A DNA stretch of 64,000 bases from Eledone cirrhosa (GCA_964016885.1 OZ024740.1:27962001-28026000), one strand, 5' to 3'. Positions 13,278 to 25,788 are shown, counted from the stretch's first letter. The notes: generated by a model not told the origin, from the letters alone. A program made the numbers and translations.

Positions 13278-13356
<79 letters not shown>

Positions 13357-13358
<2 letters not shown>

Positions 13359-13635
13359 AGGGCGGGTAAAATTCCCGAGATCCATGCACGAGTTCTCTCC
13401 AGGAGTCTCTGTCCCTCATCATCGCTGCCATGTCCTGCGTCTCCAAGAGTCCAGTGTCTGTCCTTAGGGCATCAACATATGTCAACCTCGGTCTTCCTCT
13501 TCCAGTTGGTCCGTGCAGGGGCTCTCACGGTGTAATGTCATCTCTGGATGTCAGTGAGCATGTCCAGCTAACCCCAGTCTCCTCTGTGGTACTTTTGAGC
13601 TGACTTTTGGGAGGCTCCCGTACAACTCTGAGTTC
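13357..13635 (-). mobile_element. RTE-type LINE 3' end (ORF C-terminus), truncated
   Basis: Minus translation NSELYGSLPKVSSKVPQRRLGLAGHAH*HPE...PLHGPTGRGRPRLTYVDALRTDTG...MRDRDSWR matches the RRLxxxGH / GRPxxTxxD / DRxxWR C-terminal pattern of RTE-clade proteins; ends in (TA)n. Confidence 0.8.
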
Positions 13636-13656
13636 TTCCTCCTCAGTCTATACTGA

Positions 13657-13691
<35 letters not shown>

Positions 13692-13695
<4 letters not shown>

Positions 13696-13895
13696 TTAGC
13701 GAGAATCGCATTTCGGCGGGTAGAAATTAGCGAAACGCAACATCCGTATTGTGCTCCATGCATATGAAGATACCAGAGCTATAAACATAAGTTAAAAAGG
13801 TCATACAAACTGGGACGATGGCTAAGAAGCCATTAACCACCAGAGCCAAAAGAGCGAACAAGCTAAACGGGTCAAACAAAATAAGATATGATTGA
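13692..13895. repeat. Unclassified interspersed repeat X (copy 1)
   Basis: tttagcgagaatcgcatttcggcgggtagaaattagcg...gatatgattga recurs at 27835-28015 and partly at 28413-28520. Confidence 0.8.
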
Positions 13896-13897
13896 GT

Positions 13898-13950
<53 letters not shown>

Positions 13951-13952
<2 letters not shown>

Positions 13953-14790
13953 CGAAGGAAATGTGGTTAGGAACCAGATGGACCATAACGCACCAAAGTA
14001 CTCAATACTTAGGGTAGTAGAATGGGTAATAGGAACGAGTAGGACCCCGACGGCTGAGCTCAAGCCGTTTCGACGGCTAATTCTGGACTAAATGAACATT
14101 TTTATTCTGGTACATGAATAGCCGAGCTTCTCAGGGGTAATCCATATATGGTAAAAGTGTCACAAGGATTGGTCAAAAGTTTGTTGTTGAGACACATAAT
14201 TCTATCATGGCAATTTGTGGAAGGAAGGGGTAGTTGAACCTGCCAGTAGAAGAAAGAGGGAGAGGGAGTGGAGGAAACCCAGTCGTGCGTTGAAAGTGAC
14301 GACTACAGCAGGATCCTAAGGGCAGGAGGTAAAGAAAGTATACTAGGGAGAGGGAGGAGGAGGAAGTAGAAACAGTAAGTAAATCAATATGGAGTAAATA
14401 TATAGAAGAATAATAAGAATGTTAAAAATATAAAAAACAATTTCTGGTTACTATTCCCTTACCACCATCATAAAGTCTCTCACTGGTACTGCTAAACTAT
14501 AGAGAAGTTTACTAGGTGTGTTGGAATTGTAGTGAGAGAATTTTATGATTTAGTAGTAATCAACCGAATCTATCTTAAAGTGACGGGTCAACAAGTAGGG
14601 GTCCAAAATACTTAATAAACTACTACGAAATAATAATTCAGAGTCCCGAAACCAATACAAGATAATAATTCAGAATCCAGAAAAAGAATACTAATACTAT
14701 ATATAAGGGTGCCGCTACGATACACAAATTCTAATACAAACTACATAGATGCTTGTACGATATATATGAAACATACGGACAAATAATTCA
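13951..14790 (-). mobile_element. PLE-4 3' tail, longest copy (ORF-less), ending at (TA)n
   Basis: 13951-14090 is homologous to four other TA-flanked copies and contains a hammerhead motif; extent beyond ~14140 is inferred. Confidence 0.55.
14044..14138 (-). ncRNA. Type I hammerhead motif with 5-bp stem III (PLE-4), core degenerate
   Basis: Minus strand: ACCC-CTGAGAA-GCTCGGCTA...TAGCCGTC-GAAA-CGGC-TTGAGCTCA-GCCG-TC-GGGGT; GUC triplet; core deviates from CUGANGA at G8. Confidence 0.65.
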
Positions 14791-14799
14791 GAATATATC

Positions 14800-14959
14800 T
14801 TTATTATAATGCTCGGTGTGTTTGTAAACAAACATCCCGTATTAAGCCGTAGTGTCTAGCAACCACCGTCAGTGTTGAACAAACGAGCAACGGTGGTTGC
14901 TAGACACTACGGCTTAATACGGGATGTTTGTTTACAAACACACCGAGCATTATAATAAA
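14800..14959. repeat. Perfect 70-bp inverted repeat with 20-bp spacer (fold-back duplication)
   Basis: 14800-14869 is the reverse complement of 14890-14959. Confidence 0.92.
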
Positions 14960-15087
14960 TGTTCGGTGAATCCATACGTGCATATATATATGTGTGCATG
15001 TATGTATATATATATATACATACTACTGTACGTCGGTATACATATATGTATGTACGTGTACATACTTATATATATATATATATATAT

Positions 15088-15360
15088 AGTAATAATAATA
15101 AATTCGAAGACTAAAATCCAAAGAAGGCTCGATACGGATATATAAATATCCAATAAATAAGAACCCCAGAGCAAATATTTATTAAAATAACAGATTAAAG
15201 TCTACGCAAACAATCGCTGCTTTCACCCTTGACGGGATCTTCTGAAACTAAAAAAATCAATGTGTGAACGCAGAAGTAAATATTTCGAAAAACGTTGCAA
15301 CCGAAGGAAAAGAGGAAGACGATACTTTGGTTCGTGGAGATGTTCCCTAGTAATGAACGG
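15088..15360 (-). mobile_element. Diverged short copy of the PLE-3 3' tail with variant hammerhead motif (15191-15263)
   Basis: Aligns by eye with 18782-19030; retains CAGAAGA-TCCC..GGGT-GAAA-GCA. Confidence 0.8.
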
Positions 15361-16074
15361 ACACACACATCTATCTCTCTCTCTATATATATATATACAT
15401 ATATATATGTGTGTGTATGTGTGTGTGTATGTGTGTGTGTATGCGTGTGTGAGAAAAGTAAACAGAAATAAAGCAAACGACACAGTACTATGGAGAATTA
15501 TATACATACATATACTTGTATATTAAGAAAAAGAGGTGAGAATGTTGAAAATTCCGTGTTAGCATGAAATAACCCTTTAAGAAGGTGTTCAGTTTTCTTA
15601 TATTGGTCTTTGAATAAGGTATTTGAGTAAGTTATTTCATTTCATGTCGCTTCAGCCCACTCAGCAAGGAATGTATACAGGATAACAATATTTGGCGGTT
15701 ATAATTGGTGTGGTTTGTGTTTCATCCTGGCGGTGTTTTGTAATAGCGGTCTCTGAAACTAACATTATCTCAGTTCTAACGAGATTTTAGCCTCGAGAAG
15801 CGAAAATTATTATTTATAATTTATACGCTAAAATTAATATTTGGTTAGATAATATTCGTGAGTATGATTTGTATACGAAAACTATTTTATATCAAAATGT
15901 CAAAATTGCTGTTTTTCTTTTTTTTTTTTTCCGTGTTTTTTTTTGTTCTTTTTTTTTTTGTTATTCTGGTTAAAAAATTCAATATTTATGTTATCTAAGT
16001 TAGGAATATACATGTCAGAAATTTGGGCTTTTTGTTCGTGGGTCAAAGATATGACTCTTTGTATTTAGTATATA

Positions 16075-16195
16075 GACGGTGAATTGCCAGAGTCGTAAGA
16101 ATGCTTTGCAGTAATCGTTCCGGCTCCTTGCCCAAATTGGCATTTCATTCATTAGAGGTCGAAAAACAGTACCAGTCTAGTACTGGGGTCGATTT
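16075..16195 (+). mobile_element. Old, diverged SINE-related fragment
   Basis: gcatttcattc..gaggtcgaaaaacagtaccagt..tactggggtcga resembles the SINE core at 16650-16705. Confidence 0.4.
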
Positions 16196-16374
16196 TCCTC
16201 TATATATCTTCTTACTTCAATCCTCTCACTCACTATCCCCCTCTAGAAGAAATCTGCTGTATTCAGACCTGGAGAGGTGATGGTCACCGCCAGGTTTACC
16301 CTAGAAACGCCGTATATAAATAGGTGCCCCTACCACCCCTTCACGTGTTACGGGACCTTGTATACAGTTAGTAT

Positions 16375-16538
16375 AATTGTTTCTACTTTTATTCCAGTGC
16401 ATTACTGGTACATTAATTTATCGATCCCGTAATGATGAAGTGCAAAGTTAACCTCGGCGGGATTTGAATTCAGACCATAAAGGGCCGTAACTCTTTGCTG
16501 CAAAGCATGGCGTCCGACCTTCTACCGATACTGCCAGT
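16375..16538 (-). mobile_element. tRNA-derived SINE, minus strand
   Basis: Reverse complement of the 16569-16738 family (A box tggcagtatcgg, B-box-like gaattcaaatcc, same core and tail). Confidence 0.8.
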
Positions 16539-16568
16539 ATTACTTGTTTAGTGATATTATCGGTTTAA

Positions 16569-16738
16569 GGGCGGTGGATTGGCAGTATCGGTAGAGGGGC
16601 GGACTCCATGCTTTCCCTTTACGGTCTGAGTTCAAATCCCATCGAGGTTAACTTTGTCTTTCATCCTTACGGGATCGACAAAATAAAGTACCAGTAATGC
16701 ACTGGGTAATTGCTGGCCTTGTGCCAAATGTAGAAATA
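16569..16738 (+). mobile_element. tRNA-derived SINE, near full length, with TSD
   Basis: Pol III A box TGGCAGTATCGG and B box GAGTTCAAATCC; flanked by direct repeat attatcggtttaagg at 16556-16570 and 16739-16753. Confidence 0.88.
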
Positions 16739-17210
16739 ATTATCGGTTTAAGGAATTTCTATGATTTGAAATGTGTTTGTCGGCATCATAAAACTAATTG
16801 TGTGATGGTTAGAAACACAACTTTGTTAGGCTATGGTAGAGAGAGTTGAGAGGTATTTTAGTGCCAGGGTTTTCAAAGAATATCTTCTATTTTATGTCAA
16901 CAGATGGATTATTCTACTTACATGGCCACTAGTAATTCTAATACCGGGCAATGGTTTGATATTCCGTTTCAGATACGTATATATGTGTTAATGATACCTA
17001 AATATAGAGATATCCTATCCAATCCAGGCTTTTCTCTCTCCTATTGGAGGAACACCTCCCTGGTTGATCTCCACAGCTTTCTGTTGAGTTCTGGTCATAT
17101 CCAGACGTGTGAACTCTCCCCGTCCGACGAGGAAACCTCACACCCGATTTGGGGTGGGTGAGAGATGTCTTCTCTTGTGAAAAACGGGTATAACTTTCAT
17201 TATATAAAAT

Positions 17211-17342
17211 AGTTACGGCCCTTTCCATTCTGAGTTCAAATCCCGCCGAGGTTAACTTTGCCTTTCATCCTTACGGGGTCGATAAAATAAAGTACCAGTA
17301 ATACACTGGATAATTGCTGGCCTTGTGCCAAAAGTAGAAACA
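17211..17342 (+). mobile_element. 5'-truncated SINE with 12-bp TSD
   Basis: B box plus core plus tail; attatataaaat at 17199-17210 and 17343-17354. Confidence 0.88.
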
Positions 17343-17745
17343 ATTATATAAAATCTCCCCAATTTTGCCTCATTTCTCCCCGTTTTTGTGGCAATTTTTT
17401 TTATTTTTTTTTAGAGATTGGCAGGCCTGCATATCAAGGGTGTAGCCGTAATCACAACAGTTGGCCAATTGTAGGTTGGTGAAGCTATTTATCCCACAGT
17501 TGTGGTGGATGGCTGTTCATCCAACATTTTAACGGCACTTATTCGTGTTATGGGGTTCTAGCTACCCACCTCACGAGACCAGAGTCTGGCAGGTAAGCCT
17601 ATGTAGTCGCCGACCACTCCAACATGAATCAGTTTATGCTGTCTTACATAGTGCCAGTAGCAGGCAGAAGCCTGACCTGACATATATAGAATTATATAAG
17701 CCTTATAGATATAAATTCATGTCATATACAGATTCATATATATAT

Positions 17746-17874
17746 AATGAAGGAAGTGTGGTAAGGAACCAGGTAGACCGTAACGTACCAGAGTACTCGA
17801 TACTTTGGGTAGTAGAGTGGGTAATAGGAAAAGAGTCAGAACCCCGACGGCAGAGCGCAAGCCGTTTCGACAGC

Positions 17875-17876
<2 letters not shown>
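17746..17876 (-). mobile_element. PLE-4 3' tail copy (3' half of hammerhead)
   Basis: Homologous to 13951-14078; minus strand GAAA-CGGC-9nt-GCCG-TC-GGGG; TA on both sides. Confidence 0.75.
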
Positions 17877-17925
<49 letters not shown>

Positions 17926-18197
17926 GGGAGTGTGTATATATATGTAAGTATTATATGTGTGTAAATTTGTGCGTGTGTATGCATGTGTACATTTACGTGT
18001 AAGTGGTATGTGTTTGCGTTGTGTAAATAATTTGATATATGGCAAACAATGTGGAGGAAAATATTGTAAGATGTGCCAGGTTTATTGATCTGTGTGGCAA
18101 CGTATTGACACATTGATCTTCAGATTTTAAAGGTAACTCGTAATAACACTCATCTACACTATCGAATATACACAGAAATCTGTGTATGTTAGTACAT

Positions 18198-18277
<80 letters not shown>

Positions 18278-18281
<4 letters not shown>

Positions 18282-18363
18282 GTTTCTACTTTTGGCACAA
18301 GACCAGCAATTACCCAGTACATTACTGGTACTTTATTTTATCGACCCCCGTAAGGATGAAAGT

Positions 18364-18367
<4 letters not shown>
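18278..18367 (-). mobile_element. SINE 3' fragment within (TA)n
   Basis: Reverse complement of 17255-17345. Confidence 0.8.
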
Positions 18368-18402
<35 letters not shown>

Positions 18403-18883
18403 GTAAGTATGTATGTACACGTACATATATATATGTATACAGAGGTACAGTAGTATGTATATATATACATACAAACACACATATATATATGCACGTATCG
18501 GTTTACCGAACATTTATTATAATGCTCGGTTTGTTTGTTTGTAAACAAACAAACAGCCGGAATTACGCCGTACAGTGTTTAGGCAACCACGTCACCTTTT
18601 TGTTCAACACTGACGTACAGTAATATGTATATATATACATACTACTGTACGTCTGTATACATATATATATGTACGTATACATACATACATACTTACATTT
18701 AAGTAAGTGCTGTACTAAGAGTGAGAAATGAAATTTCGTTTCATTCTATTCCATTTATATATATATATATATATATTAATAGTAATAATAATAAAATTGA
18801 AGACTAAAATCCAAAGAGGGCTCGATAAGGATAAATATATATCAAATATATAAGAACCGTAGAGCAAATATTTATTAAAATAA

Positions 18884-18957
18884 CAGATTAAAGTTTAAGC
18901 AAAGAATCGCTGCTTTCACCCTTAACGGGATCTTCTGAAACTAACAAAGTCAATCTG
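18884..18957 (-). ncRNA. Variant type I hammerhead motif (CAGAAGA core), PLE-3 left arm
   Basis: Reverse complement of 23211-23284. Confidence 0.6.
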
Positions 18958-19874
18958 TAAACGCAGAACTGGATATTTCAAAAAACGTTGCAACCGGAGG
19001 AAGACAGGAAGACGATACTTTGGTTCGTGGTAACGTACGTTCGCTGGCAAAGAACGGGAAAAAACGAATAATACGTCATTAATAGGAGCGGTGAAAAACA
19101 ATTACGCGCAAAGACAAAACCACGTTTATGGTATAAAAGAGGTCGTAGACTAATGTTCTCTTAGGTGGTGCATAGAGACGTTCTCTGGCAATGAACGAAA
19201 AAACGAAGATAATAAGTCATATGTGGAGCGTGGAGAACAATAGCACGCAAAGACAAAACCACGTAAATGGTATAGCAGAAATCGTAGACTAAAATTCTAA
19301 CTAGGAGACCAAATGAATCTCCGCTACAGAGTTAAGAACAAAGTAAATAAATACAATACAGAAGTAATAGGAACAAATAAATACATACACGCAAACAGAT
19401 ACGTACATACACAAGCATACGCAAAACCTTACCATGGGTATACAAAACCACGCACATATAAATATGTGTGTGTGTGTATGTTTGTGTACAAATAAATAAA
19501 TAATTATATAAACGTATATAAGTAAATGAATACGTATATAACAAGCGCACACGCATACCTACATATAAATACACGAATGTTCGGAGACGTAAGTCAACTA
19601 AAACAAGAAGTACACATATACACACACCCACCATACGTACGAACCTGCACACTCACGCGGACGCAAAACTCCCGTATACACATAGCCAAACCCTAAATAC
19701 CAGAATATGTAAAAATTATACGCTATAACAGTAAAATATACGTACGAGAAGGTATACATACCTTCACAAAACATACGGGGAATATATACTTACCTATGCA
19801 AATACGTAAAGGAATAAACAAAACATATACTTAGCTCCCACATCAAGACGTAAAATATCCACGTATAGATCGTG

Positions 19875-21884
19875 CTATCCGTTAAGGTATAACGTGGGGC
19901 TGTAATACAGGAAAGTTTTGTGCAATTTATGTTTACAAGCCGAAATTGCCTCATATTTTTTGTTTAAGATGTGGTCTGTAGCGTAGAGTATTTCCAGGGC
20001 CTCAGCGGCGCAGAGGTCACATGGTCTTTTATTTCCGTTATACGATCTAGCCCTAGCTAGGATCTCCCAGTGTAACTTATATTGGGTGTGGTTGTCTTTT
20101 AGACTCCAGATATAAGCTGAAAGTGACGTCATATTCCTTCTTAGAGGGTAACGAAAAGAATGGGTATGCATGTAAAGACGCTGCTTGAAACTATTGGCGG
20201 TTAACCCTATGTAGGCCCTACGGGACGTGGGTGTTACAACCTTATATTTGTAGACAATGTTACTAGAGAGGCAGTTCCCGGATAGGGGGCAATCAGCCCG
20301 ATTCCTACAATTACAGTTAGTACTACCTACAGGGTTGCACGTGTTCCTACGGATTGGTAGTTTAGTTAAGCTGTGATGTTATGTGCAAGGTTAGGAGTCA
20401 TAGAGTAAGAAATTTTAATAGTATTTCTATTAAAAATTTTACTATATTTATGTGTAGGGGGGAAATGCTTCGTAATAAGGGAAATAAAGATCTTAGCTAA
20501 TGGTGTGGCCACCTCCATATTATATGGTGGGTTAAACCAACAAATGCGACGGGATCTATTTCTTCTAGGTCTATTTTCGTACACTGTATATGCTACCTTA
20601 TCGACAAATCCACTTCGAGCAAGAGCTTCATTGTAATAAGTGGAATGGTCGTTGAAAATGCGCTCGTTGGTGGAAAGACGGGAAAGCCTCAACGAAACGT
20701 TTCTTACCAGGTTCTTGGTTATGCTGGCAGGATGGTTGGAATGCTTACTTATGTAATTAAGCGTATCATTCGGCTTTCTATACGGGTAATACAACCCATT
20801 CAATAAATTGAGGGTAACGTCGAGGTAATTAACGACCGAGAGATTGGCCTCAACCTGTATAGAGAGGTTGAAGCCTTTAAAGAAGGCTGTGAGTTCTTTT
20901 CTGAACCTGTCGCAAGCACGAGGTCCGCATTTAGTCATGGTCAAAAGACCATCGTCACGGTACAAACCACCGCCCGCGTTGGGGAATTCGTCCTTGATAG
21001 AGAAAAGAAGGAAAAGGCCAATAAGATCAGTAACCCCCGCAGAGTCACTGGCGCCCATACTCACGTCGAATGGGGTACTATTGGATTTTTTAATCCAAAT
21101 AGAGTCGTCGAAATTAATCACCGACTTTCGGGCATTAAGGATGACATCAACTTCAAAATCCTTAACCACTGTGAGTGTTTTAGCGAAATTGATAGCTCTA
21201 AGGAGAAGTGGTAAAGTGATGGTGGAGTAGTAATTGTTGATGTCGAATTGGATAAAACGGCAATGTTCCTTGTTACATATGCCGTTGAACCAATCAATCA
21301 CCGCGAAAGAATTGTTCCACAGTGCGAGAGGGGCCAAACTTCTAATTTCAGGTATAATTCTATCAAGAATCGTTTTACTAAGTCTACCTAAATCGGACTT
21401 CGTAGGGTTAATAAGCCGAATAGAGGGGTTGTTCGGAAAATTGGATTTGTGATCCTTCAAGTTAAAGTGGGGAGAGATAGGGTCCAGAGGTTCGGTCCGG
21501 TCCAGGATGTTGAGATCAGATGTGATTTTAAACCCAGCATCGTTGATTTCATTGATGACGCACCGATTAGTTTTACGGTAATCTTTAGTTACAGCATTAT
21601 GTAGTAGTTGATGGTAAGTACTGCGCTCCACTTGATATAGGTTGCCAGTTTTGTCGGAATGGACGTGCACGGCGTTAGAATCCTTAATAGAACGAATTCT
21701 ATTATTCAGGTCTTGCTGGAAGGAATTGCTCCTATTCCGAAATTTGATATTCCGAATGAGTTCCAAGACATCATTTTCGAAGGGTAGCAAAATGATGGGT
21801 TCCACGGAGGGTTATTATAAGTTTTAAATCCCAGTTTATCCTGTTTGTTGTCTGCTTTTCGCGGATTATCGAAATAAAAGGCTC
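19875..21884 (-). pseudogene. PLE-3 reverse transcriptase + GIY-YIG endonuclease, 5'-truncated, two frameshifts
   Basis: GFKTYNNPP, SDKTGNLY, LKDHK, IRLINPTKSDL, QFDINNYY, VSMGASDS, GLYRDDGL, NYLDVTLNL, SNHP, WFNPPYN, CNCRNRADCPL, NIVY..YIGLT..FKQRLYMH, CDLCAAE; frameshifts near 21795 and 20370. Confidence 0.92.
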
Positions 21885-22925
21885 AGCTTATATCTGGAGT
21901 CTAAAAGACAACCACACCCAATATAAGTTACACTGGGAGATCCTAGCTAGGGCTAGATCGTATAACGGAAATAAAAGACCATGTGACCTCTGCGCCGCTG
22001 TGGCCCTGGAAATACTCTACGCTACAGACCACATCTTAAACAAAAAATATGAGGCAATTTCGGCTTGTAAACATAAATTGCACAAAACTTTCCTGTATTA
22101 CAGCCCCACGTTATACCTTAACGGATAGCACGATCTATACGTGGATATTTTACGTCTTGATGTGGGAGCTAAGTATATGTTTTGTTTATTCCTTTACGTA
22201 TTTGCATAGGTAAGTATATATTAATCGTATGTTTTGTGAAGGTATGTATACCTTCTCGTACGTATATTTTACTGTTATAGCGTATAATTTTTACATACTC
22301 TGGTATTTAGGGTTTGGCTATGTGTATACGGGAGTTTGGCGTCCGCGTGAGTGTGCAGGTTCGTACGTATGGTGGGTATGTATATATGTGTACTTCTTGT
22401 TTTAGTTGACTTACGTCTCCGAACATTCGTGTATTTATATGTAGGTATGCGTGTGCGCTTGTTATATACGTATTTATTTACTTATATACGTTTATATAAT
22501 TATTTATTTATTTGTACACAAACATACACACACACGCATATTTATATGTGTGTGGTTTTGTATACCCATGGTAAGGTTTTGCGTATGCTTGTGTATGTAC
22601 GTATCTGTTTGCGTGTATGTATTTATTTGTTCCTATTACTTCTGTATTGTATTTATTTACTTTGTTCTTAACTCTGTAGCGGAGATTCATTTGGTCTCCT
22701 AGTTAGAATTTTAGTCTACGATTTCTGCTATACCATTTACGTGGTTTTGTCTTTGCGTGCTATTGTTCTCCACGCTCCACATATGACTTATTATCTTCGT
22801 TTTTTCGTTCATTGCCAGAGAACGTCTCTATGCACCACTTAAGAGAACATTAGTCTACGACCTCTTTTATACCATAAACGTGGTTTTGTCTTTGCGCGTA
22901 ATTGTTTTTCACCGCTCCTATTAAT

Positions 22926-23081
22926 TGTTTCTACTTTAGGCACAAGGTCAGCAATTACCCAGTACATTACTGGTACTTTAGTTTATCAACCCCGTAAGGA
23001 TGAAAGGCAAAGTTAACCTTAGCGGGATTTGAACTCAAACCGTAAAGGGACGTAACTATGCTAGAAAGCATGGCGTCCAAC
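22926..23081 (-). mobile_element. SINE inserted in the PLE-3 right arm with 9-bp TSD
   Basis: cctattaat at 22917-22925 and 23082-23090; empty site present in the left arm (~19078-19086). Confidence 0.92.
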
Positions 23082-23210
23082 CCTATTAATGACGTATTAT
23101 TCATTTTTTCCCGTTCTTTGCCAGCGAACGTACGTTACCACGAACCAAAGTATCGTCTTCCTGTCTTCCTCCGGTTGCAACGTTTTTTGAAATATCCAGT
23201 TCTGCGTTTA

Positions 23211-23284
23211 CAGATTGACTTTGTTAGTTTCAGAAGATCCCGTTAAGGGTGAAAGCAGCGATTCTTTGCTTAAACTTTAATCTG
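23211..23284 (+). ncRNA. Variant type I hammerhead motif (CAGAAGA core), PLE-3 right arm
   Basis: CAGATTGA..AGTTT-CAGAAGA-TCCC-GTTAA-GGGT-GAAA-GCA-9nt-TGC-TT-AAACT-TTAATCTG: stem I 5+8 bp, stem III 4 bp, U4-to-A and U-U closure of stem II. Confidence 0.6.
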
Positions 23285-23385
23285 TTATTTTAATAAATAT
23301 TTGCTCTACGGTTCTTATATATTTGATATATATTTATCCTTATCGAGCCCTCTTTGGATTTTAGTCTTCAAATTTATTATTATTA

Positions 23386-23418
<33 letters not shown>

Positions 23419-23419
<1 letters not shown>

Positions 23420-23586
23420 CAAAGGAATTGTGGTAAGGAACCAGATGGACCATAACGCACCAGAGTACTCAATACTTAAGGTAGTTGAGTGCGAAATAGG
23501 AAAAAGTATGACCCCAACAGCAGAGCTCAAGCAGAAATATCCGTTGAAACGGCTTGAGCTATGCCGTCGTGGTCATACTTTTTCCT
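23419..23586. mobile_element. PLE-4 3' tail copy with fold-back inversion at the hammerhead
   Basis: Homology to 13951 copy; internal inverted repeat aggaaaaagtatgacc...ggtcatactttttcct; TA on both sides. Confidence 0.8.
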
Positions 23587-23659
23587 ATATATATATATAT
23601 AGGTACATGTACATACATATATATACACTTATATATATATATATAAGTATATATGTGTA

Positions 23660-24238
23660 TGGTGGCTGCCAACTCGTTTTCGAGTACGGCCACTACTTTA
23701 TATCCATGTAGGAGAACCCCTACCGATGCGCTGAACGGGTGTGACATTTTAGTCCAGCCAGCCACTTGAAAACTCTGGTACAAACACTACACTTCTGACA
23801 ATTATTGACACATAGTGCTGGGCCCATGGTACCATGTGATGACAAGTTCAGGGAGATCTCCAGATATAAAGCAATGCCTGTGCTGTGAAGCTTTTATAGT
23901 GAGCAAAAGCACTGCACAAAGCCAGTCCCACTCTCTTAACCAAGATGATATTTACCAAAAAGAAGAACAAGTCAACATCATTGGATACCATCAGGGTTGC
24001 AGGTGTTATATCAGAGTTTTCCTTCTCCTAGAATTCTGCCTTGACAAAGGCTAAGAGGTCATCTCTCCCGGTGATTTTGGATGGCCATTGACTCTTACGA
24101 GCTCCTTTGCCCTTTGACAGGTTTTGTTTTTAGTCCTGCAGGATGTCCAAAGTCACCCTCCTCAGAAACCTTGGTGGGGTTGCCAGTTTAGTCGCCAACG
24201 ACCCAACCATGAGACAGGTTGTACTGGGATACATGTTA
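23660..24238 (-). mobile_element. Interspersed repeat, probable RTE-type LINE 5' UTR
   Basis: Minus strand carries ggcgactaaactggcaacccc and ctaggagaaggaaaactctga, which I recall from RTE 5' regions; second partial copy at 65-215. Confidence 0.45.
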
Positions 24239-24239
24239 C

Positions 24240-24597
24240 ATACATACACTCATATATGAATATATATACAGATACACATATATAAATATACATGTATATA
24301 TATGTATGTATATACATATATACATATATGTGTATATGTATATATATATATGTGTGTGTATATATATATATGTGTGTGTATATATATATATGTGTGTGTG
24401 TGTGTCTATGTATATATATATATATAGGCTGCTTCATTCTATTAGAAAAACTTTCAATATCCACAAAACATATCTTTTATCATCTGTTCACTGTTATATG
24501 ATATAATATATTTCCATATATTGTATTGGGGAAAAAAATAGTTTTATCTTTAAAACTTCGTTGCTATGGAAACAACAACCTACTAAATCTTTCACAA

Positions 24598-24629
<32 letters not shown>

Positions 24630-24795
24630 TCTCTCGCTTCTTTTCTTTCCTTTCTTCCACATTTTTTCTCTTCCTCACTTTCTCTTTATTAATTCATTCT
24701 TCTACTCACACACTTCTGTGTCATGTCTATACACATGTTCACACGGATATATAGATTTGTATATATGTGCGTATATATATACACACATGAGTGTC

Positions 24796-24865
<70 letters not shown>

Positions 24866-24903
24866 TAAATTTATATATATATATATACATGTGTGAGCGT
24901 GTC

Positions 24904-24935
<32 letters not shown>

Positions 24936-25090
24936 CACATATATAAATTTATATATATATATACATGTGTGTGTGTGCTTTTTAGTGCATATAGTGCATG
25001 TGTATATATACGTGTGTATAAAAGTTTTTATAATTATATATATTTTTGTTTTTCTATAACTATATATTTACATACACGCACACGCATACA

Positions 25091-25125
<35 letters not shown>

Positions 25126-25186
25126 ATATATATATTCATATGTATATATATATACATATATATATGTATATATATATATTTATATT

Positions 25187-25220
<34 letters not shown>

Positions 25221-25227
25221 CATACAC

Positions 25228-25277
<50 letters not shown>

Positions 25278-25309
25278 GCGCACACACACACACATATATA
25301 TACATACAT

Positions 25310-25361
<52 letters not shown>

Positions 25362-25697
25362 GATGAAAACAATTGAGAGAGGGTTATATAGAGAGAACGA
25401 TATCTAGCTAGATAGACAAAGGGACACAGACATTTTTATACACACCTAATTATATTCATACATACATACAGATATATCAGGTATGTATTTATACGTTTCT
25501 ATATACACACACACATACACCCATTATCTATATATGTATATATGTACATAACATATATATATATATATGCATAAATATATATTCATATAAATACACACAT
25601 ATATTTATACAAAACATATATATATGTATATATGTATATATATATACATATATATACATATATACATATGTATATATATATATATGTATATATATTC

Positions 25698-25730
<33 letters not shown>

Positions 25731-25739
25731 TATACATAT

Positions 25740-25788
<49 letters not shown>

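Larger units (their letters stand above)
18782..23386 (-). mobile_element. PLE-3: Penelope-like element (CxCx5C linker, Hydra-clade-like) with ~1.3-kb inverted pseudo-LTR (18782-20120 vs 21883-23386)
   Basis: Arms are near-identical reverse complements apart from a SINE in the right arm; both outer ends run into (TA)n; RT-EN ORF on the minus strand. Confidence 0.92.

Noticed and set aside
16569-16660. tRNA gene
   Set aside because: A/B boxes belong to a multi-copy SINE with TSDs; no cloverleaf evident.
20844-21452. Plus-strand ORFs inside PLE-3 (and similar antisense ORFs in PLE-2)
   Set aside because: Shadow frames antisense to the RT.
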